Positions 1-9,763 of a stretch of DNA of 64,000 nucleotides are shown piece after piece. Each line of letters starts with the position of its first letter. The stretch's first letter is position 1. This stretch comes from an uncultured Acidobacteriota bacterium. GTDB taxonomy: Bacteria > Acidobacteriota > Terriglobia > UBA7540. The position numbers and the translations under genes were made by a program. The notes beneath the pieces are model-generated. The model searched no databases and was not told where the DNA came from. It worked only from the letters and a program-made list of their open reading frames with translations. The DNA is taken from NCBI GenBank assembly GCA_963804995.1, contig CAWDSK010000008.1, forward strand, positions 32,001 to 96,000, in the 5' to 3' direction.

Positions 1-1
1 C

Positions 2-355
2 GTCGATTTCCCGGTCGGCCAGAATGATGAATTCGAGCCGGTTTACCAAATACTTCCTGTGGTCCCTAACCAGACCTACACGCTCACCGCTTATGTCCGC
101 AGCAGGGAAATCACCTCTGACAGCGGGCCGCGCTTGCGCGTGACCGATCCGGACTGCCCGAGCTGCCTGGATGCCTCGACCGATACAACGGTGGGCAGCA
201 CTCCCTGGCACAGGCTCACGCTGAGGTTCTCTGCCGGCCCACAAACGCAGGCCGTGCGGATTTCCGTTTGGCGGCCACGCAGCCGAGTCTTCCCCATGGA
301 AATCTCGGGAAGCTTTTGGCTTGATGCCGTTTCCGTCCGCGCGGAACAGCATTAA
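2..355 (+). CDS. C-terminal part of a protein with a carbohydrate-binding (CBM4/9-like) beta-sandwich domain; 5'-truncated by window edge
   Basis: Frame is open from position 2. Pattern VxPNQTYTLTAYVR...GSTPWHRLTLRF...GSFWLDAVSV is typical of CBM-like jelly-roll domains in polysaccharide loci. Confidence 0.6.
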   Translation, partial: VDFPVGQNDEFEPVYQILPVVPNQTYTLTAYVRSREITSDSGPRLRVTDPDCPSCLDASTDTTVGSTPWHRLTLRFSAGPQTQAVRISVWRPRSRVFPMEISGSFWLDAVSVRAEQH

Positions 356-373
356 CGCGCTCGCTCTGAAATC

Positions 374-1822
374 ATGGCGTCGCAACTCACAATTGAAACG
401 ACCATCTTCGCTCCCCGCTCAGGCAACCTGGGAAAGGCTCGCGCCGCGGCGCCATTATTTGCCCTCATGCGCACTTCCCTGGTTGCCACTTTGCTGGCGG
501 CGCCGTTGGCATTTGGCGCTGTCCAAGCGTGGGCCTGGGGTGCGATGGCGGTGGTGGCATTTCTCTTGTTTCTTTTCTGGTCGATTGCCGGCGTGCGGCA
601 AGGTGCTCTTCGAATTCTCTGGTCGCCGCTCTACCTGCCCGCCGGGGCCTTTTTCCTCTTGGGGATGATCCAATTCGCCGGGCGCCTCACGATGGATCCC
701 ATCGCCACGCGGGAATCGCTGCTTAAGCTTTCGACCGACCTCATTCTCTTCTTCCTGGCGGGACAGCTTTTTAGCGCGCTGGCTTCCGCACGTGTTCTCC
801 TCAACGGAAGTGGGAAAGGGGCCGAGACGCCGCGATGGGCGAGGGAGCAGGGCGACATTTTGTCCGCTTCTCCCCTGCGTTGGACGATCGTCGTGTATGC
901 ATTTCTGCTGGCGCTTTTTGCCATCTTCCAGTTCTTCTCGAGCCAGGGGCTGATTTACTGGTTAGTGAAAAGCCCCGGTTGGACCTTTGGCCCCTACGTC
1001 AACCACAACCATTACGCCGGGCTGATGGAGATGTTGATTCCACTCTCGGTGGCGAGCGCTTTGCCGGCGCTGCGCAAACACCCGTCGGCGGCGGTGCTGG
1101 GCTGTGTCATCCTGATTCCGATCGCGTCGTTGCTGCTCTCCGGTTCTCGCGGAGGCTTCATCTCCCTGCTCGTGGAAGTCCTTCTGGCCGCGGTGCTGGT
1201 TGTCTGGTGCGGACCACGCCACGCGCGCAAAGTCACGGCTCTGGTGGGAGGGGCCGCGATCCTTGCCGCCGCGCTTCTCTTCTTTTGGATGGCGCCGCGC
1301 CAAGTCACCGAGCGCCTGGCGAGGATGGGGGACGGCACACATCCACCGGAAGTGGAATTGCGCAATCGGTTGGTAGCGGCCCGAGACTCTCTGGGGATTC
1401 TCCGCGATCATCCCTGGCTGGGCGCGGGACTGGGCAGTTTTGAGACGGCCTTCCCCCGCTATCAGAGTTTCCCCAGCGACTTCCGTTGGGACCACGCCCA
1501 CAACGACTACGCGGAAGCTCTCGCGGAAACTGGCCTGGCGGGCGGAGCGCTTATCCTGTGCGCACTCGGATTGTTCTTCTGGCTGGCCTTCCGGAATCTG
1601 CGCGAGCGGCTTCGTCACCCCGCCGGATGGATGCAGTTTGCTGCCGCCGTGGGCTGTTGCGGAATCCTGGTCCATAGCTTCGCGGACTTCAACCTTCACA
1701 TTCCTGCCAACGCCGCATGGTTCGCCGTGTGCGCGGCGCTGGCGACTTGCGGTCGTAGCGGCGAGTTCACCTCGCCACATGGGGGCGTAGCGGCGAGTTC
1801 ACCTCGCCACATGGCGGCGTAG
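374..1822 (+). CDS. O-antigen ligase family (Wzy_C/WaaL-like) membrane protein
   Basis: Multi-TM protein with GPYVNHNHYAG, SGSRGG, PWLGAGLGSF, HAHNDY and HSFADFNLHIPAN motifs. Confidence 0.9.
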   Translation: MASQLTIETTIFAPRSGNLGKARAAAPLFALMRTSLVATLLAAPLAFGAVQAWAWGAMAVVAFLLFLFWSIAGVRQGALRILWSPLYLPAGAFFLLGMIQFAGRLTMDPIATRESLLKLSTDLILFFLAGQLFSALASARVLLNGSGKGAETPRWAREQGDILSASPLRWTIVVYAFLLALFAIFQFFSSQGLIYWLVKSPGWTFGPYVNHNHYAGLMEMLIPLSVASALPALRKHPSAAVLGCVILIPIASLLLSGSRGGFISLLVEVLLAAVLVVWCGPRHARKVTALVGGAAILAAALLFFWMAPRQVTERLARMGDGTHPPEVELRNRLVAARDSLGILRDHPWLGAGLGSFETAFPRYQSFPSDFRWDHAHNDYAEALAETGLAGGALILCALGLFFWLAFRNLRERLRHPAGWMQFAAAVGCCGILVHSFADFNLHIPANAAWFAVCAALATCGRSGEFTSPHGGVAASSPRHMAA

Positions 1823-1858
1823 CGCAGACCTCCGCCTTTTGAGGTCTGCGGCTCTTCA
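1754..1858. repeat. Two tandem 32-bp GTAG-type REP-like units plus a third REP of another family at the 3' end of the ligase gene
   Basis: cgtagcggcgagttcacctcgccacatgg at 1754 and 1786, then gtagcgcagacctc..gaggtctgcgg at 1819. Confidence 0.85.
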
Positions 1859-2065
1859 TTCGCCTGACGAAGATTCCCCTCAAGCGGCAAGCTCAACTCT
1901 TGACGAAATCTCATATGGCAAAACGCCTGAAGTTGGGAAAGTAAGTGGGACCTCGCTCGCTATGCCCCGCGGAGAGCAACAAGTGGGACAAGTCGGGATT
2001 GTTAACCCACGTGTTTGTCCCAGTTCGTACTGTGTGGTCTTTTTGCCCTCTGTGGTGAGTTAGTC

Positions 2066-2596
2066 ATGTCCGTCTCCGCCACCTTAATCTCGACCCCTGA
2101 ACCCGCCGCGCGGTCTGACGTCGGCCGTCGTTACGCCGCCGCGGCAGTCGAGACCGGCATTGGCGGAATCGTGAGTCGCGTGCTGCAAGGCTTTGCCCCG
2201 ATCATTCTTGCCCGCTACCTGGGCCCCAGGGAGTACGGGGTTTATGCTCTCGTACTTTCTCTGGTGAATATTGTGGTGGGAGTCTCACCGCTTGGCCAGA
2301 ATATGGCGCTCGAAAAGTTCCTGCCACAGTACTCGGTTAAGGACCCGGCGCGGGGCGGAGCCATTCTGGCGAACACGGTCATTCTGGTGTCAGGGGCGCT
2401 GGCCGTGCTGTGCGCCACTTTCTTCTTCGCCGCAAATTGGATCGCACCCGCCATTTACCACGATGCCTCGCTCACGGCTGTCTTCCAGTTCTCCGCGCTT
2501 CTGGTCTTGTCTCTAAGCCTGTTCAATCTGGCCTCGAGCGCCACCGCCGCTTGGTTTGGGGTTTTACTTGGACTGTCTGGGAGTGCGAATAGATGA
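2066..2596 (+). pseudogene. wzx: Truncated flippase (Wzx) N-terminal copy
   Basis: About 160 aa nearly collinear with the N-terminus of 3256..4845, followed by an internal deletion and a stop. Confidence 0.8.
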
Positions 2597-3237
2597 GAAC
2601 CTTCAGACACTGGACGGCGCGGTACGTATACAACAGGTCACGGAATTTCTTTTCGAATCGGCTTCACCACGATTGGCCATGGGTTACACCTGCGGCCGTT
2701 AGGTTCCTAGATCTGTGGTTAAAACCGACGGATGATGTTTTTGAATGGGGAGCAGGGCGAAGCACACTCTGGATCGCGCGGCGAGTTCAATCGATTTCAA
2801 GCGTTGAGAGCGACACGAAATGGTTTGCCAAGTTGCGGTCAATTGTGGAGCGGGAAGGCTTACGCAACGTTGATCTGAAATTCTTTTCTCCTGGCGCAAA
2901 CCTGGATGAGGTGAGGGCGTATACGTCCTTTATTGCGGAACTCGGTGGCCCGTTTGACCTGATTATCGTTGACGGCTTCCTCTATCGCGACCATTGCGCG
3001 CTTACGGCAATTGAGTACTTGAGACCGGGAGGCCTGCTCCTAATAGACAACATCAACTGGTACTTGCCGTCCGGTTCAGTATCGCCAGCGTCTCGACGGC
3101 AGGAAGATGGGCCAGCGTCGCCACTGTGGAAAGACTTCAGTGATACCGTGAAAACTTGGCGACAAATATGGACGAGTAACGGAGTCACTGACACAGCGAT
3201 ATGGGTCAAGCCCTTCGATACTGGGGGGCTCTCGTAA
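2593..3237 (+). CDS. Class I SAM-dependent methyltransferase-like protein (polysaccharide modification)
   Basis: VFEWGAGRSTLW, SVESD and FDLIIVDG...LRPGGLLLIDN motifs. Confidence 0.85.
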   Translation: MRTFRHWTARYVYNRSRNFFSNRLHHDWPWVTPAAVRFLDLWLKPTDDVFEWGAGRSTLWIARRVQSISSVESDTKWFAKLRSIVEREGLRNVDLKFFSPGANLDEVRAYTSFIAELGGPFDLIIVDGFLYRDHCALTAIEYLRPGGLLLIDNINWYLPSGSVSPASRRQEDGPASPLWKDFSDTVKTWRQIWTSNGVTDTAIWVKPFDTGGLS

Positions 3238-3255
3238 TCCGGGAAACCGAACCCA

Positions 3256-4845
3256 ATGGCAGATGTCTGCACACTGACTAAAACTGACCGGCAAAGCGAC
3301 ATCGGCCGCCGCTACGTCGAAGCGGCCGTCGAGACCGGTATGGGCGGTATCGTTAGCCGCGTGCTGCAAGGCTTTGCCCCGATCATTCTGGCCCGCTACC
3401 TGGGCCCCAGGGAATACGGGATTTATGTTCTCGTACTCTCTTTGGTGGGAATCGTTGCGATGGCCTCACCTCTGGGTCAGGACGCGGCGCTCGAAAAGTT
3501 CTTGCCTGAATACTCCGTTAAGAATCCCGCGCGTGGCGGCGCCATACTGGCGAATACGGTCATCCTGTTTTCAGGGGCGCTGGTAATTCTGTGCTCTGCA
3601 TTCTTCTTCGCCGCAAATTGGCTTGCCACCGCCCTATACCATGACGCGTCGCTCGCGCGAGTCTTTCAGTTCTCGGCGCTTCTGGTCTTGTCTCTAAGCC
3701 TGTTCAATCTGGCCGCAAGCGCCACCGCCGGTCTTCAGGATTTTACGAATTACAGCCGGGCGATGATGGTGCGTGGTGGAGCGCTCACGCTCTTCGGTTG
3801 GTTGGGCGTTGTGCTCCTTGGATTGTACGGGGCCTTGATCGGTCAGTTGGCCGCCAGTCTTTTGGGGCTCAGCCTCCTAACCATCACCGCGGTCAAACTC
3901 AGCCGGCGCCGCTATCCCGGCCTGGTGCGGCCGCACTTCTCAACAGACCTTTTGCAGGAGACCTTCGGCCTGGCATTTCCAGCCTTCCTGACCGGGCTTC
4001 TGGTTTCGCCCGCCTACTGGTGGGCCAACACCCTGCTGGCGCGACGTTCCGGCTTTGCCGACGTGGCAATCTTCGGTGTGGCATTTTCGCTGACCCAAAT
4101 GATCATGCTGGTCCCTTCCAACCTTTCCATCCCCGCCGTCAGCTTCCTGTCGGAGGCACACTCCTCGGGTAATCTCCGGCGCTTTGGTGGGCTGGTCAGC
4201 GATAACTTCCGCTTGATGTGGGCCATCACGTTGCCCATCGCCGCAGGCTGCGCCGTCCTCTCCACCCCGGTGATCCACTTGTTGTTCGGGGCGCAATATG
4301 AACGGGCCGGCGACCTGGTGCTGGCGATGAGCTTTGCCGGCGTCTTGATGATCCTGAACAGCGTGGTGATCAACGCCACGTTTGGGTGCGGCTACCTCTG
4401 GCATGGATTTCTGCTCAGCCTGGGCTGGCTTACTCTCTTCCTCGGGATCGGCCACCTGCTGATTCCCGCGTGGGGCGCCCTGGGGCTGGCCTGCACATTC
4501 GTTCTTTCCTACGCGCCCCTGGCCACGGTTGGAGCGGTGTATGCCGCTAGAATTCTGGGCGCTCAGTTCAAGAAGATTGCGGTTCTTCTCACGATGACGG
4601 TGATGGCTTTCGGCGCCGCTTTCGCGCTTCACCGCTTGGTGCAGGGAACTCCCCTTTTCGCTTTGGGTTGCTTGACGACGTTGCTCCTGGTGGTGTCGGA
4701 GTGGATTTGGGTTTGCGACGAGCGGGAGCGGGCTGAATTGAGTAATCATTTTTTGGCATTCCTGCGCCGGCCGCTTTTGAGCCGCAGGGACGCACCTCGC
4801 GGGTGCGCACAAATGGCCGCGACGACGGCCGGGAACGGGCGGTAG
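3256..4845 (+). CDS. wzx: Oligosaccharide flippase Wzx (MOP superfamily)
   Basis: About 14 TM helices, ARYLGPREYG motif, locus context. Confidence 0.9.
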   Translation: MADVCTLTKTDRQSDIGRRYVEAAVETGMGGIVSRVLQGFAPIILARYLGPREYGIYVLVLSLVGIVAMASPLGQDAALEKFLPEYSVKNPARGGAILANTVILFSGALVILCSAFFFAANWLATALYHDASLARVFQFSALLVLSLSLFNLAASATAGLQDFTNYSRAMMVRGGALTLFGWLGVVLLGLYGALIGQLAASLLGLSLLTITAVKLSRRRYPGLVRPHFSTDLLQETFGLAFPAFLTGLLVSPAYWWANTLLARRSGFADVAIFGVAFSLTQMIMLVPSNLSIPAVSFLSEAHSSGNLRRFGGLVSDNFRLMWAITLPIAAGCAVLSTPVIHLLFGAQYERAGDLVLAMSFAGVLMILNSVVINATFGCGYLWHGFLLSLGWLTLFLGIGHLLIPAWGALGLACTFVLSYAPLATVGAVYAARILGAQFKKIAVLLTMTVMAFGAAFALHRLVQGTPLFALGCLTTLLLVVSEWIWVCDERERAELSNHFLAFLRRPLLSRRDAPRGCAQMAATTAGNGR

Positions 4846-4875
4846 CAGGTAGGCCAAATCAGGTCGGAGGATTCA

Positions 4876-6282
4876 TTGGTTTCTTCTTGTCTCTGTTGTC
4901 TCTTATGCCTGGCCATGATTCTGGGGCGCCGAGGCATCTGGACCAGTTATATCTCCCCCTTCGTAGTGTTTCCGACTCTCTACTTGCTGAGCCTTGGTCT
5001 TCCGTCTTTATTCTATGCGTTTGGGTTTGGGGGCGATGACAAGCTTCTCAAGCCTGACTACATCCCCGCGGTAAACCAATACGCCTCGTGGCTTCTCGTC
5101 ACCTTCTACGTGGGTTATATCCTGGCCGAATATGCAATTCGGGCGGGCGCGAAAGAGAAAAACCTCAGTAAAGGGCTTGAGCAACCAGCGCGCCCGGAAT
5201 CATGCCAGGAAGGGAAGTCTGCTCTGCCGCCTTTTGTCGGGGAGACGAGCTGTAATTTAGTGTTTCTGTTGTCCGTGGGTGCCCTTGTCATTGGAATCCT
5301 CAGTACGGGTTGGGAAGAAACCTGGGAAGGGTCCATGGTTCGAGGAACAGGCCAGTGGGAAGCGCACCATTTTCATGATTACTTGCTCCTGCTTGTCCAG
5401 GCTTGCCTCATTAATTCGACCATCACCGCCGGGGTGATCCGCGCCTGGTTCCCGGCACGGAGACTTTGGGTGGCGCCCCTGGCGTGGTGCCTGTTCCTGG
5501 CTCCGGGTGGAAGTCGCGGCTCAGTCATCCCGTTTGCCCTTTTCCTGACAACCTCAGTGGTGGCGGGGAGGAAAACTTCCGTAATGAAAATGGGCGGGAT
5601 AGCGCTGCTAACCCTTCTCTCCGTAATGTACATCGGGCTGGTCCGGCCTCGGTTTGTTGGCCTTGCGGACTTTGTCGGGAGCTTGGGAAGTGGCGGTGAG
5701 GCTCTGGCGACTGTGTCTGATCCCCTTGATGCCGTCACCTCGCTGGGTACCACCACCGCTACCTTCTGGGTGGCTAGGGATATTGTCCAGCGGGATGTCG
5801 TGGCTCAGCTTTGGCGAATCCTCAGCCCGGTCCCATCTTTCATAATGGAGCAGGATATCGCAGCAACGAATCTTGTGGCCTATTTGGGGCATATCGGGGG
5901 CAATCAGGGGAATCCTTTCCCTGTCCTCGGGGAGATGTACGTATTCTTCGGCTGGACGGGGGTCTTGTTGGGCTTCATCGGCGGTTTCGTGATGGCAGTG
6001 CTCTTCGAAAAATCGAGGCGCTCTCGCCCAGATGCCTACCCGTTTGCCCTGCTCTGGCCATCTTTGTACAGTGCGTGTGTACTAGGCGGAATCATGAGCT
6101 TGCATTCGGGCCTCCGAACCACAACGAGGTTGCCGCTCTGGGCAATCATTTGGTTTTTCTGCTTCACTACAGCCGTAACAGTTTTGAGGGAGCCTTTGCT
6201 CAAGAGTGAAAGCCTTCCCTTATTTCACTTCATTCCGCGCCGCACGATAGGGAACGTTGTCCCCCGGCGCAAGCCCGCCTAG
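4876..6282 (+). CDS. wzy: Putative O-antigen/EPS polymerase Wzy (start uncertain)
   Basis: Multi-TM protein with GGSRG and LGEMYVFFGWTG motifs, lying between wzx and glycosyltransferases. Confidence 0.7.
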   Translation: MVSSCLCCLLCLAMILGRRGIWTSYISPFVVFPTLYLLSLGLPSLFYAFGFGGDDKLLKPDYIPAVNQYASWLLVTFYVGYILAEYAIRAGAKEKNLSKGLEQPARPESCQEGKSALPPFVGETSCNLVFLLSVGALVIGILSTGWEETWEGSMVRGTGQWEAHHFHDYLLLLVQACLINSTITAGVIRAWFPARRLWVAPLAWCLFLAPGGSRGSVIPFALFLTTSVVAGRKTSVMKMGGIALLTLLSVMYIGLVRPRFVGLADFVGSLGSGGEALATVSDPLDAVTSLGTTTATFWVARDIVQRDVVAQLWRILSPVPSFIMEQDIAATNLVAYLGHIGGNQGNPFPVLGEMYVFFGWTGVLLGFIGGFVMAVLFEKSRRSRPDAYPFALLWPSLYSACVLGGIMSLHSGLRTTTRLPLWAIIWFFCFTTAVTVLREPLLKSESLPLFHFIPRRTIGNVVPRRKPA

Positions 6283-6336
6283 CGGGCTCTCTAGCGACTC
6301 GAATAATTTCCGTCCACTACCAGCACGAATCAAACC

Positions 6337-7479
6337 GTGATTGACACGCGAAGGCAGATCGTCGTACTCACCAACCTTCCGGCCCCCTACCGCGTACCGG
6401 CATGGAACTGTCTATCTCACCTCACCCGGGGACGGCTGAAGGTATGGTTCATGAGCGCTTCCGAATCTCGAAGGAGTTGGGCAGTACCCGTCGAGGAGAT
6501 GACTTTTCCCTGGCAGCTTCTTGCCCAAGGATCAAACTCAAGCCGCCTCCTTCGCGAGACAAAGACCGCCGGCGGCATGCTGATGCAGCTCATACTCTCA
6601 CGCCCGCAGGCCATCATCTGCGGCGGTTATGACTCGCTGGCGGCGTGGGTCTGCCTCTTGTGGTCAAAGATCTTCCGCCGACGGTTCGTCCTTTGGCTAG
6701 AAAGCACCGCCCGCGACCAGCGCAAACCGGACAGGGTCAAGACCTGGCTCAAGAGGCTATTTGTAAGAAAGGCGGATGGAATTGCGGCGGCGGGGAAGGC
6801 CACCGTCGAATACGTCAAGGGGCTCGGCGCAAGTCAGGAGCAAATTTTTTTGGCCCCGATGAGCACGGACAATGAATTCTTCGCTTGCGAAGCCGGAAAA
6901 TGTTACCGGGAAGAAGAAAAGCTAAGATTGGGATATCCACACTGCTTGATCCTTTATTCCGGCCGTCTCGATCAGAAGAAAGGTGTTTTCACGCTGCTTC
7001 AGGCGTACGCCACAATCTCGAAAGAATTGCCAGGTGTGGGTCTGCTTATCGTCGGGGACGGCCCGGAGCGGAAAAGCATGGAGGACATTTGCTCTGCCGC
7101 CAAGCTCCGGCAAGTCTATTTCCTCGGCTCTCGGCAATACCACCAAATGCCGTCCGCTTACGCATTGGCGGATGTCCTGGTCCTTCCCACCTTTAGCGAT
7201 ACCTGGGGAATGGTGATCAATGAGGCCTTTGCCTGTGGCGTTCCGGTCGTGGTGTCGAATGTTGCCGGGGCCTGCGATGACCTGATCATCGATGGGGAAA
7301 CAGGTTTCGCGGTCAATTCCGGCGACCCGGTCGAACTAGCCGATAGAATCCTGCAAATCTTGCGGGACCCTGCCCTGCGTTTGCGCATGAGCGCCAATTG
7401 CCGTGCCCTCATTCAGAAGTACTCCCCCGAAGCGTGCGCGCAAGGCTTGCTGGAAGCGGCGCAAGGAGTGCGCGTTTGA
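6337..7479 (+). CDS. Glycosyltransferase family 4
   Basis: GRLDQKKG, VGDGPE and DTWGMVINEAFACGVPVV motifs. Confidence 0.92.
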   Translation: MIDTRRQIVVLTNLPAPYRVPAWNCLSHLTRGRLKVWFMSASESRRSWAVPVEEMTFPWQLLAQGSNSSRLLRETKTAGGMLMQLILSRPQAIICGGYDSLAAWVCLLWSKIFRRRFVLWLESTARDQRKPDRVKTWLKRLFVRKADGIAAAGKATVEYVKGLGASQEQIFLAPMSTDNEFFACEAGKCYREEEKLRLGYPHCLILYSGRLDQKKGVFTLLQAYATISKELPGVGLLIVGDGPERKSMEDICSAAKLRQVYFLGSRQYHQMPSAYALADVLVLPTFSDTWGMVINEAFACGVPVVVSNVAGACDDLIIDGETGFAVNSGDPVELADRILQILRDPALRLRMSANCRALIQKYSPEACAQGLLEAAQGVRV

Positions 7480-9763
7480 AGTTCGTTATTGAAGCCGCGG
7501 GCTTGACGGTGGCGGGTGGCAGGGAACTCGCGCTCGACCTGATGTCGAGGCTTGCCAGCCACACGGAGCACCAATTCACCTTCATCGTGCCGGATCTGGA
7601 TGCCTACAAGGCCATTTCCGGCAGCAATATCCACGTGATCGTTTGCGCGAAAGGGTCTGGCCTCCTGCACCGGGCGCGCCTGCTGAATCACGATGTCCCC
7701 AGAATCTGCCGCAGAGAAGGAGCGGACGCCCTGCTCTGCTTGGGAAATTTTGTTCCCAAGAAGCGAGTGTGCCCGACCGCGGTGCTCCTGCAGAATGCCT
7801 GGATCGTCTACGATGATCCGGTGGCCGATTCGCGCCAGACTCTCCGGGAACATTTGATCACAGCCTACGGCCGGCACGCGTACCGGCACCTCGGCCGCGA
7901 AGTCACCATCATCACCCAAACCCAGGTCATGAAAGACCATCTGTGTGGGCGGTACGGCATTGATCCCGAGCGCGTGGCGATTATCCCCAATACGCTTTCG
8001 CTCGCGAAGCTGGAGGGAAACTGTGATCGTGCTCCTTCCAATGGTAACGAGGGCGCCAGGCCCTTTACGTTTCTCTGCCTCGCGCACTATTACGCGCACA
8101 AGAATATCGATATCCTGGTGGACGCGACCGCAAGATTGTCGAAGTTTACTGATAAGTCCGCCAAATGCGTTATCACCGTCGCTCCTCGGCAACACCCCGG
8201 CGCCCGGCGATTGCTGGAGCGATTGGAGTCACGGCGAGCTGGCCGGGAGGATTGAGAATATCGGTCCTGTGCCAAGCCGGATGCTGCCCCAGATCTATCA
8301 GAGCGCCGATGCCCTCGATTTTTCCCACGCTGCTCGAATCCTTTTCACGAACCTACTTGGAAGCCCTGTATTTCGGCTTGCCCATCCTCACCAGCGACCG
8401 GGACTTTGCCCGCCAACTTTGTCAGAATGCCGCGATCTACTTCGATCCACTGAACGCCGAGAGCGTCGCTGGGGCGATGGCCAGGGTGATGGAAGATGCT
8501 GACCTACGCCAGCGGCTCGTCGAGAATGGCCAGCGCATTCTGGCCAAGACTCCAACTTGGGACGAGATTGCCGCGCGCTTCGTCGAGGTGCTGGAACGCA
8601 CGGCCGGGGGAGAAGGCAGTAGGCAGTGGGCAGTAGGCAGTAGGCAGAAGGCAGAAGGCGGAAAGCAGAAGGCAGTAGGCAGTAGGCAGTGGGCAGATGG
8701 CAGAGGGCACAAGGCGATAGCCTCAAGCGCGTACCAAAGCTTTCATCTCGTTCCACCTGAAGGCGCACCTGCAAATGAGTGCGGACAAGTTTCCTCGGAT
8801 ATCGAGATGGGCGGGGAGGTGGCCCCGGTGCAACCCCCTCAGGGGTTGAACTTGGACGACTGCCTTGTGCCTTCCGCCGACTGCCGACTGCCCACTGCCT
8901 ACTGCCCACTGCCTTCCGCCTCCTGCCTACCGCCTTCCGGCCACTGCCTACTGCCTTCCGACCACTGCCTACTGCCTTCCGACTCCGTTCGCGCACTCTT
9001 CAACCACAAGGCACGCGCCTGGCGGAGTAAGTACGGTCCGAGAGGGAAGCTGCACTCCCGCGTGGAACAATTCACCGTGCGGCTCGCCCGGTTGTGCCTT
9101 CCTCCCGCCCGCATCCTTGACCTGGGCTGCGGGACGGGTGAAATCGCTGCGGCGCTTGACCAAAGGGGTTACCAGGTCACGGCGTGCGACTTTGCGGAAG
9201 AAATGATTGCCGTGGCGCGCAGCCATTCCAGCTCGGTCGATTGGATGTGCCTCGAGCCTGATTGGAGAGAGCTTCCCTTCGACGACGGCAGCTTCGACGC
9301 CATCGTGGCCTCCAGCGTATTCGAATACCTCGATGACGTGCCGCGAGTGGCGGCGGAACTTTCCCGGGTGCTTCGACCTGGCGGCGTTCTGCTGGCGACC
9401 GTCCCCAATCCCTCGAATGTTATGCGTAAAGTTGAGGCGCGGCTTCAGTCACTGCCTTGGTTCCACCGCCTTTCGCCCGTGTTGCGCAAAGTTCCGCGGT
9501 TGGATTCCTATGCCGCCTATCTGCGCCTTTCCCGAAATCGATTCCATGCGCAAGGGTGGCGATCCGTCCTGAATGCCGCAAACTTCGCCCCCCTTGATGA
9601 AAGCGATTTCTCCCACGAAGCCTGGCAGTACCAATCCCGCGCGCCGCTGGTCCTTTTGACCGTAAAGAGGGTGGCGACGCGTCAATCAGGCGGCGGAAAA
9701 AGCCGTGAGGTCTGCCCTTCGGCGGAGCTCCAGGCGGTTTTGAGCATCGCGAAGGAATCATGA
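7476..9763 (+). CDS. GT4 glycosyltransferase fused through a repeat-derived linker to a class I SAM methyltransferase (frameshifts near 8230 and 8320)
   Basis: GT pieces ([30 protein letters not shown]) lie in three frames. The last GT piece is in frame with ILDLGCGTG...[12 protein letters not shown]...RVLRPGG. Confidence 0.75.
8611..8980. repeat. Inverted pair of heptamer tandem arrays (GGCAGTA/GGCAGAA and TACTGCC) inside the GT-methyltransferase linker
   Basis: 8611-8715 aggcagtaggcagtgggcagt...; 8860-8980 is the reverse-complement array ctgcctactgcccactgcc... Confidence 0.9.
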
